NCBI GenBank assembly: GCA_016861025.1
Contig: BOKO01000006.1
Location: 106,839-170,838, forward strand
Length of the DNA stretch: 64,000 bases
Reading direction: 5' to 3'
DNA from: Chloroflexota bacterium
Lineage (GTDB): Bacteria > Chloroflexota > Anaerolineae > Caldilineales > Caldilineaceae
This document shows positions 57,085 to 64,000 of the stretch, one piece after another; position 1 is the first letter of the stretch, and each line of letters opens with the position of its first letter. Made by a program: the position numbers and the translations under genes. The notes below the pieces were generated by a model. That model was not told where the DNA came from, made no database searches, and worked only from the letters and a program-made list of their open reading frames with translations.

Positions 57085-59838
57085 ATGAAAGAACAATTCA
57101 TGAAGATAGGGCGGCGGCAAGACAATCGACCGAAACGTATGTACTGGCTCACCTTAATCCTGGTTTTTGTGGCGCTGATGACAAAAACGACCAGCGCACT
57201 TGCACAGGAAGACAACGCAGTTGAACCGGCGGGCGGCAACGCAGCAGACTTCTCGACGCAAATCTTCCGCCCGATCGCCGACACTTATGTCGATTCAGCC
57301 AATCCGAATGATTCATTCGCCGACGCCGATGTCCTGAATGTCGTCCGGATCAATCTTGGCAATGGAAGCATTCTGCAACGCAGCTATCTACGCTTTGATC
57401 TCTCAACGATCCGACGTGGCGCGCCGGTGCAGGCAGCCACCCTCTTGCTCTTCCAAACAACCGGCAGCATCAACCCGCTGCAAATCAACCGGGTGACGGC
57501 AGACTGGAACGCCGCCGCCTTGAATTGGGTGAATCAGCCGCAGTTCATCGGCGTCGACGCCTGGACAGCGCCAGGGAATAGCGGCGAGTATATCGCGTAC
57601 AGCGGCGCTCCTCTGGTTGAACTGGTGCAGAGTTGGGTGAACGATCCTGCGCGCAATTTTGGCCTCATGCTTGGCAGCGGCGGCGGGGCACAGGGCGATG
57701 CGCGCCAATTCTACAGCGTAGATTTCGCACAGAATCTCCCTCCACTCCTTCAACTCGACTTTGCGCCAATCCGCGTCTGCTACGACGCCGATTGCCTGAA
57801 ACCAGCAAGCGACGTTGAAGTCTACAACCGCACAACCGGCAACGCATTTTCAACCGATGAAGCGGGGTATGTCGTGCATGATGGCGAAATCGCTGTCGGC
57901 GACCAGCTCTGGGCGCGGCGTCTCGACGAACGTTTGCCTCGGGCGCAACGCTTCCTGACATCGGGCGAGCCGCAAACAGTAACGCCTGATTCCTTTGTCT
58001 TGTATCCAGGATACAATCGGCCGGAGATGCGGCTGGTCTTGTACAAACCTTTGCTCGTGCGCGATCTACAAGTCTCGGCGCAATGGAATCTGGAAGGCGA
58101 TCCTGCCTACAAGAACGCGCTTGCGCGGCGCATCATCGACGCATCCGACCATTTCTACCGCATCACAGATGGCCAGTTTGCGCTCGGGCGCGTGACGGTC
58201 CACCAAAACTACGAACGCTGGCATGACCCAGACACCGATCTCTGGCTGCATGCCAGCAACACAATGCGTCCGCTTTCCTATATCAAGGGCGATGTCATCA
58301 CACCGACGGTCGATCCAGCGCCGGGCATCGACTTTGTCTACGAGCCGGGCAACATGTATATCGGCAGCCACTGGAATCGTTACGGCGCGCCTCCGACGCA
58401 ACCGCTGCCGCCCGGCGTCGACGTCAGCCGCGATTGGGCCGCCGCGCTCGCCCACGAACTCGGCCATTATCTGCTCGGTCAGTTCGACGCGTACATCGCT
58501 GTGCAGCCCGATGGCGTCGTGATCGAAACCTTTGCCTGCACAGGCAGCGCCATGGGCTACGTCTACCATGCCTCCAACCAGGCGTTCATCTGGGATGAAG
58601 AGCACTGGGCGGACGCCTGCGGCAACACGCTAGGTGCATACAATGTCAAGCGCACCGAATGGCAGACCATCCGCACCTGGTTCGATTGGGTGCAGACGCC
58701 GGAGAGTGTTGTGCCCTTCACCGGAACGTTGCCAATCGGGCTGACCAGTGTGACCTTCATTGCGCCCGCCGGCCCGGCGCCGCTCGTCAACCAAATCTTC
58801 GATCTCGACTATCAGAACGGCGAGTTGCCTTCAGGAGAAGCGCGCGCGTTTCTGCTGCGCGATATGGACAACAACGGCGTTTTTGATCGCGTCCTCGACC
58901 AGGGACGGCCGCCGCAGAATGTGGCGCCGCCGCAGGTGACGCTGACCGGTGCACAGGCGGGCGACCGGCTCTGCGTGATTGACATTGATCCCCACGCCGA
59001 CTCGCCGGAGACGCCGCGCCATCAGTTTGGTTGCCAGGTCATCCAGCCTGGCGACAGCGTGCTGCCGATGCGGCGAGAGCCGACATGGGCGCCGATCATC
59101 CATATCACGCCGCAGACAGTGACGGAGATCCGCATCAATGTGGAGCAGCCCATCGCCGCTGGCGCCCTGCGCGCCGTTCTCTACCCCGAACACGCCGTTA
59201 CACCGACCGTCGCGTTGGAACTGACGCCCGGCGATGATGGCTGGTCAGGCGTCTTCACCGTGCCCGGGTTGACTCCGTCAGCCTTTGTGCAGGTGTGGGT
59301 GGAAGGAGACGACCAGCCGCTGCGGCGTGAGGCGATTGTCGACTACGGCATCGGCGGCGGCGCCGTACCCGGGCCAAAGCAAAAGATCGGCTTTGCGCCG
59401 GTGACTTCGTCGGATGGCAAGGCGTTCTTCCTGTTGCCGGCGCAGATGAGTCTGGCGGCGGACGAATTTGTCGCCATCCAGTCGATGGCTGGTGCGCCGC
59501 CGCTGCCGGCGGGCCTGCGCATCTTGGGGCAGAGTTATCGGTTGATTGCGTTGCCACCCTCGCTGGTCGAACAGGGTTCGATCAATATCTATCTGGGCGA
59601 AGGTTCGCCAGGGTTGGCGGCGCAGGCGGCGCAAGCGGGCGCCGTGCAGGAGAGTGCACGCTCGCTCTACTTCTGGAACGGCGAGACCTGGGAAGAGTTG
59701 CCAACCACCTTCAGCACCGCGGACCATGGCGCCGGCGAGAGCGAAGTGCTGGCTTCGGCGGCGAGTCGGGGCATCGGCGTCTATGCCATATTGACCGAAG
59801 CCTCTACGCGTATCTATCTACCTACGATTGCGCGTTGA
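57085..59838 (+). CDS. Secreted protein with DNRLRE/CBM96-like domain and HExxH metalloprotease domain (CLCA-N-like), YLPTI tail, 917 aa
   Basis: ATG 57085 after gagggggg; signal peptide; 'ADTYV...RSYLRFDLS...ATLLL'; '[11 protein letters not shown]', [15 protein letters not shown]; ends RIYLPTIAR. Confidence 0.8.
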   Translation: MKEQFMKIGRRQDNRPKRMYWLTLILVFVALMTKTTSALAQEDNAVEPAGGNAADFSTQIFRPIADTYVDSANPNDSFADADVLNVVRINLGNGSILQRSYLRFDLSTIRRGAPVQAATLLLFQTTGSINPLQINRVTADWNAAALNWVNQPQFIGVDAWTAPGNSGEYIAYSGAPLVELVQSWVNDPARNFGLMLGSGGGAQGDARQFYSVDFAQNLPPLLQLDFAPIRVCYDADCLKPASDVEVYNRTTGNAFSTDEAGYVVHDGEIAVGDQLWARRLDERLPRAQRFLTSGEPQTVTPDSFVLYPGYNRPEMRLVLYKPLLVRDLQVSAQWNLEGDPAYKNALARRIIDASDHFYRITDGQFALGRVTVHQNYERWHDPDTDLWLHASNTMRPLSYIKGDVITPTVDPAPGIDFVYEPGNMYIGSHWNRYGAPPTQPLPPGVDVSRDWAAALAHELGHYLLGQFDAYIAVQPDGVVIETFACTGSAMGYVYHASNQAFIWDEEHWADACGNTLGAYNVKRTEWQTIRTWFDWVQTPESVVPFTGTLPIGLTSVTFIAPAGPAPLVNQIFDLDYQNGELPSGEARAFLLRDMDNNGVFDRVLDQGRPPQNVAPPQVTLTGAQAGDRLCVIDIDPHADSPETPRHQFGCQVIQPGDSVLPMRREPTWAPIIHITPQTVTEIRINVEQPIAAGALRAVLYPEHAVTPTVALELTPGDDGWSGVFTVPGLTPSAFVQVWVEGDDQPLRREAIVDYGIGGGAVPGPKQKIGFAPVTSSDGKAFFLLPAQMSLAADEFVAIQSMAGAPPLPAGLRILGQSYRLIALPPSLVEQGSINIYLGEGSPGLAAQAAQAGAVQESARSLYFWNGETWEELPTTFSTADHGAGESEVLASAASRGIGVYAILTEASTRIYLPTIAR

Positions 59839-59911
59839 TCGGTTCATTGTTGCGACGAAGGTTCGCAAGACAAAGCGCGTGTGAGTGCGGCGTTTTGAAA
59901 GCAGCACTCTG

Positions 59912-61252
59912 TCACGGATTGTAGACTTGAATTCGCCGCTCTGGCACGCGCTGCGCCAGACGCGCCATGTTTTTGCTCACCTGCGCAATAATTTCTGCCT
60001 TATCAAGCGTGCGTAGCTTGCGATCTTGCATTACGATCCGACCATCGACGATTACTGTGTGTACGTCGGCGGCCTGCAGGCTATAAACGAGCGCCGCCGC
60101 CACGTTGTGCAATGGCTGGTTGTGCACGCCGTGAAGGTCGATCAACGCAATGTCGGCGAAATAGCCCGGCGCCAGCCTGCCCAATTCACCCATCATCCCG
60201 ATTGCCGCCGCGCTGCCCACAAACGCAATGTCGAGCGCGGCGTGCACCGGCATCACCTCCGGGTCATTGGCGACAAACTTCTGCGTCAGCGCCATTAGCC
60301 GCAGGCTCTCCCAAATGTTAAGCGTGTTGTTGCTGGCTGCGCCATCGCTGCCCAAGCCAATCGCTACGCCAGCCCCCTGCAACGGTCGGATCGGCGTCAA
60401 GCCGGACGCCAGTTTAAGATAGGTCTTGGGACAATGCGCTACGCCGACATGTCCTCCGTAGCGGCGCAGCAGTTCGACATCCTCCGGCAGAATCCCACAC
60501 CCGTGAGCGATCAATGTCGGCAGTTCGAGAATGCCGGTCTGCTCCAACACCTGAATCGGCGTGACGCCGCGCTTCGCCAGGCTGGAGGTGGTCTGCGCCG
60601 GGTCTTCGGCGGCGTGAATGTGGATGCCGACATGCAACCGCCGCGCGTGGGCGACCGTGGCGCGCAGAAAGTCATCATCGCAGGTGTAGGGCGCGTGCGG
60701 CGCCATCCACGTGCGGATGCGCCCGCCTGCGCCGCCCTGCCAGCGTTCGACAAAGGCGGCGGTGGCGTCGAGCGCGTCGTAGCCTTGACTGGCGAACACG
60801 GCCCATCCCAGCAGTGCACGCGTGCCCGCCTCGCTCACAGCGCGCGCCGCCTCGTCCATGAAAAAGTAGTGGTCGGCGACTGTCGTCACGCCAGCTTCGA
60901 TCATCTCGACCAGCCCCAGCAGCATTCCCCAATACACGTCCTCGGCGGTCAGGTTGCTCTCCACAGGCCAGATAAATTCGTTGAACCAGCGGTTGACCGA
61001 CACATCCTCGGCGATGCCGCGAAAGAGCACCATTGGTGTATGCGCGTGTGTGTTGATCAAGCCCGGCGTCGCCAGCAGCCCATCCGCCGCCACGACTTGG
61101 CGTGCGTCGAGCAGCTCGACCGGCTGCGTCGGCTCGATCGCCGCGATGCGGCTACCCTGCACATGGATGTCGTAATTGGGCAGCGTGACATACACGCCGT
61201 CGTCGCTGCGTGCGAGCACAGAGCAGTTGTGGATGAGAAGATCAATTGGCAT
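59912..61252 (-). CDS. Metal-dependent amidohydrolase (MTA/SAH-deaminase/chlorohydrolase family)
   Basis: PGLINTHAH, APHAPYT, HIHAAE, AHGC, HCPKTY, GSDG, LGRLAPGYFAD. Confidence 0.92.
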   Translation of the reverse strand: MPIDLLIHNCSVLARSDDGVYVTLPNYDIHVQGSRIAAIEPTQPVELLDARQVVAADGLLATPGLINTHAHTPMVLFRGIAEDVSVNRWFNEFIWPVESNLTAEDVYWGMLLGLVEMIEAGVTTVADHYFFMDEAARAVSEAGTRALLGWAVFASQGYDALDATAAFVERWQGGAGGRIRTWMAPHAPYTCDDDFLRATVAHARRLHVGIHIHAAEDPAQTTSSLAKRGVTPIQVLEQTGILELPTLIAHGCGILPEDVELLRRYGGHVGVAHCPKTYLKLASGLTPIRPLQGAGVAIGLGSDGAASNNTLNIWESLRLMALTQKFVANDPEVMPVHAALDIAFVGSAAAIGMMGELGRLAPGYFADIALIDLHGVHNQPLHNVAAALVYSLQAADVHTVIVDGRIVMQDRKLRTLDKAEIIAQVSKNMARLAQRVPERRIQVYNP

Positions 61253-61330
61253 TAGTGGGATCGCCTTTTTGAGTAATGCATGGCAGCATTTCAACTCGCC
61301 CCTATCTCGAATCGAAGGATCGTAACATCT

Positions 61331-62167
61331 TCAATTCACGCCATACGCCGCGTCCGGCAGCGCGCGCCGCCAGGTTGTCGCCAGCGCACCACCCTGCTTG
61401 CCACGCGCAAGCGCATTATCCAGGTTGCAACTACGCCAGTACTCGTCCAGGAAATAGCTGATGAAGGCGTCGCCGCAGCCGTTGGTGCTGCCGGTGACCG
61501 ACACAGCCTCGATGCGCTCAAGCCGCGGCGCGCGCTGCGGCTCGCATACCAGAACACCGCGTTCACCCAACGTGAAGACGCCCAGCGCGTCGGCTGCCTG
61601 CACTGCGCGCACCAACTCCTGCAAGAGCGGGGCTTCGAGCGCACCCTGCCATCCAACAAAAGCCACATCAACGCAACCTACGGTCTCAGAAAAACTCGCC
61701 GCATCGAAATCATACAGAGCGAGAAAATCTGCGGAAACCAGCGGGCGATTCAGCGTTTTTAGCGCGCACAGACGCCGAAACTCGCCAAGCACCGGCGCTG
61801 TGAGCACGATGTGCAGATGCTGCGCCGCTGCAAGACAAAGCTCCTGCGCGGGCGTCAGACGGTAGTCAGCCCATACACCGGGCGTGAAGTCGTAGACGCG
61901 CGCTTCGCCGGAGGCGTCGACTGCAACTTCAATGCGTGCACAAGACCCAGGCGTAAGCAGTTGGTCGGGATGCACGGCGATGTGATGGCGGTTCAGAAAT
62001 TGTTCGATCACTGCGCCGTCGTCGCTGCCCAGGCGGGTGATAAGCAAAGGAGCCGCGCCAAGCTGCTGCAAGTGATAGGCGTTGTGAAGGATGCCACAGC
62101 CGGGCAGCAATTGATCGGTGTCCGTGTAGTGGTCGAGACAGACCACACCCCACAACATGTTGCTCAC
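61331..62167 (-). CDS. PfkB-family carbohydrate/nucleoside kinase
   Basis: VFTLGERG, GSTNGCGDAF, ARGKQGGA; GTGA overlap with upstream stop. Confidence 0.85.
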   Translation of the reverse strand: MSNMLWGVVCLDHYTDTDQLLPGCGILHNAYHLQQLGAAPLLITRLGSDDGAVIEQFLNRHHIAVHPDQLLTPGSCARIEVAVDASGEARVYDFTPGVWADYRLTPAQELCLAAAQHLHIVLTAPVLGEFRRLCALKTLNRPLVSADFLALYDFDAASFSETVGCVDVAFVGWQGALEAPLLQELVRAVQAADALGVFTLGERGVLVCEPQRAPRLERIEAVSVTGSTNGCGDAFISYFLDEYWRSCNLDNALARGKQGGALATTWRRALPDAAYGVN

Positions 62168-62940
62168 GTCGTGTCGCTTTCCAGGCCGGCAAGCGGGTTG
62201 CGTCGCGCCGCGCCTGCCGCCAGAAAGCGATCATAGCGCACCATGATCACCTTGCTCATCTGCCAGAACGACTCGACGGAGAGATGCTGGCAACCTTCGT
62301 TCAACCACCAACCCGTCATCAGCGGGTGCACTGTGATCAACTTCGGATCATGCACCGGCACAACGGCCGGGCTGAGGAAAAAGCCGGGAGATTCGGGCGT
62401 GCGAATTTGCAATAGATAATGGCCGCGCATCCCTCGCGCACGCGGCGCGTGATAAATCGCGCCGTCGTTGAGATCGACCAGATCGCACTCTTCCACCGGC
62501 GTCTCGACAATGTGCGGCCAGTCGGGGTCATCGACCAGCTCGGCGATCACGCGACGGACGGCGATGTCCTGATAGTGATTCTGGCGCGTATGTGGTTGCA
62601 GATACTCGTCGTCATAGACGTTGCTGCGATCATCATCGTAAACATTGCCGCACCATGCTGCAACCCACTCGGCTATCTCAGGATGATTGTGTAGATAGAC
62701 GCGGTAGCTTTGTTCATATTCAGCAATTGCCTGGTTGAAAGGCACAATCTGTCCACGCACATAGTGGTCGATGCGCCAGCCATCGACGCCAAAGCGTTCA
62801 TTGAGCAGCGCCTGCCAGGCATGTTTTCGGGCGCCGGCGTAGCCGGGCAGCCCTATTGGGATCAACATCCCCGCCAGCGCTGCACCCGCCAGCGGTTCGA
62901 TCTGCTTCCACCAGTTGGTGTAGTCGATAGCCATGCTCAC
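62164..62940 (-). CDS. Protein of unknown function, ~256-258 aa
   Basis: Translationally coupled on both sides (GTGA overlaps); no recognisable family motif. Confidence 0.75.
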   Translation of the reverse strand: MSMAIDYTNWWKQIEPLAGAALAGMLIPIGLPGYAGARKHAWQALLNERFGVDGWRIDHYVRGQIVPFNQAIAEYEQSYRVYLHNHPEIAEWVAAWCGNVYDDDRSNVYDDEYLQPHTRQNHYQDIAVRRVIAELVDDPDWPHIVETPVEECDLVDLNDGAIYHAPRARGMRGHYLLQIRTPESPGFFLSPAVVPVHDPKLITVHPLMTGWWLNEGCQHLSVESFWQMSKVIMVRYDRFLAAGAARRNPLAGLESDTT

Positions 62941-63938
62941 CCTGCCTCAGCCTGCTCCTGGAACCGGCGTGCGGCGGCGTTGATGCGGGCGCGGCGGCGG
63001 ATGTTGTAGATTACCAGCGCCGCAATCGTGACCACCGGCGGGATCATTTCGATGATCTGCGGCGGGATCGCCATCGTGCCGAGCTGCGCGCCCAACGCCG
63101 TCGCTGTTCCAAAGATCAGCGCAGCGATCAGCACGCCGATAGGGTTGCGGTTGCCGAGATAGACGACAGCCAGCGCAATGAAACCGCGCCCGGCGGTCAT
63201 GTTCGCCTGGAAGATGCTCAGGTAACCCATGCTCAGATAGAGGCCGCCCAGCGACGCACAGAAGCCGCTGGCGATCAGCGCCCAGTAGCGCGTGCGCCGC
63301 ACATCGATGCCAACCGACTGCGCCGCATCCGGCATTTCGCCCGTTGCGCGCAGATGCGCGCCCGCAGGCATGCGATAGAGAAAAACCCAGACCACCGCCA
63401 CGAGCAAGAAGGCCAGGTAGCTCATGATGTTGTAGCCCGCGCCGTTTTCGCCGTTGAGCAGCGTGCCCACGACCGGGATATTGTTGACAAAGGGAATTTG
63501 CAGCGCCGGCAACCGCGCGCTGGCGAGCGTGGAGGTGCTGCCCTTGTCGCCCGTAAACGAGAACATCAGAAAAACGGTTGCACCCGCCGCCAGGATGTTC
63601 ATGGCGAGCCCCGTGAGGATGATGTCGGTCTTGAGTTCGAGGTGGAAAAAGGCGATCATCCAGCCCATCGCCATACCGACGAGGACGCCCGCCAGCGCAC
63701 CTATGCCCGCATACGCCCATGCCGGCGCGCCGGGAAACCACTGCGGCGCAAAACCACTGACGATTACGCCGGTGAAGGCCGCCGCCAGCATAATGCCTTC
63801 GAGCGCAATATTGATCGCGCCGCCCAACTCCGAGAGCAGCCCGCCCATTGCAGGTAGGATCAGCGGCGTAGAGACGCGGATCACGGTGGCGATGAACGCC
63901 GCCGAAAAGATAGATTGCAAGACGACTTCAAAGGACAT
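62937..63938 (-). CDS. Nucleoside/simple-sugar ABC transporter permease (BPD_transp_2 type)
   Basis: SELGGAINIALEG, GAHLRATGE.PDAAQSVGI, MTAGRGFIALA, G.RNP.G. Confidence 0.92.
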   Translation of the reverse strand: MSFEVVLQSIFSAAFIATVIRVSTPLILPAMGGLLSELGGAINIALEGIMLAAAFTGVIVSGFAPQWFPGAPAWAYAGIGALAGVLVGMAMGWMIAFFHLELKTDIILTGLAMNILAAGATVFLMFSFTGDKGSTSTLASARLPALQIPFVNNIPVVGTLLNGENGAGYNIMSYLAFLLVAVVWVFLYRMPAGAHLRATGEMPDAAQSVGIDVRRTRYWALIASGFCASLGGLYLSMGYLSIFQANMTAGRGFIALAVVYLGNRNPIGVLIAALIFGTATALGAQLGTMAIPPQIIEMIPPVVTIAALVIYNIRRRARINAAARRFQEQAEAG

Positions 63939-64000
63939 TGGAGTTCCTTGATTTCCCAAAAAAATAGAACGCGGATGACGTAGATTGGGTGGATTTTTGC

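Noticed and set aside
63939-64000. 3' end of an upstream permease gene
   Set aside because: Too short to assign a frame.

Overview
Bacterial chromosomal window with moderately high GC. It is most likely from a Chloroflexota (Caldilineaceae-like) organism; this is inferred from gene content and the recurring C-terminal [FY]-[LA]-P-x-[IV]-x-R tail. No integrase, transposase, rRNA or CRISPR/cas is visible. Layout: (1) 1-15.2 kb is a secreted-protein operon: a giant beta-helix/IPT protein (5' end outside the window), three paralogous two-domain cupredoxin proteins, a small membrane-anchored protein, and a subtilase fused to a degenerate nuclease domain. (2) 15.2-19.3 kb is icd, a GH13 glucanase and a K+ channel. 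(3) 19.7-33.9 kb is a SARP/BTAD regulator divergent from three large secreted cysteine proteases (C10-, C25- and C13-like), ending in a 37-bp duplication of the sorting-tail DNA next to tRNA-Glu. (4) 34-43 kb holds a nitrilase-fold protein lacking its Cys, an M20 amidohydrolase, a tungsten AOR-family enzyme, two hypotheticals and a SNF2 helicase. (5) 43-49.6 kb is an RpiR-controlled sugar ABC operon with a class II aldolase and an ADP-dependent kinase. (6) trpBA, a CGNR regulator, a dipeptidase, EamA, DUF3307, Crp and a secreted metalloprotease. (7) A nucleoside ABC/kinase/deaminase operon. Best candidate for an undescribed system: the three cupredoxin genes (4240-9834). None is a complete multicopper oxidase, but their copper ligands are exactly complementary. 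Subunit A domain 1 carries a full type-1 site plus HWH and HCH, and subunit B domain 2 carries HPH and HNH. This suggests a hetero-oligomeric 'split' six-domain multicopper oxidase with a single trinuclear centre built between two gene products. All family calls come from motif recognition, not database searches.
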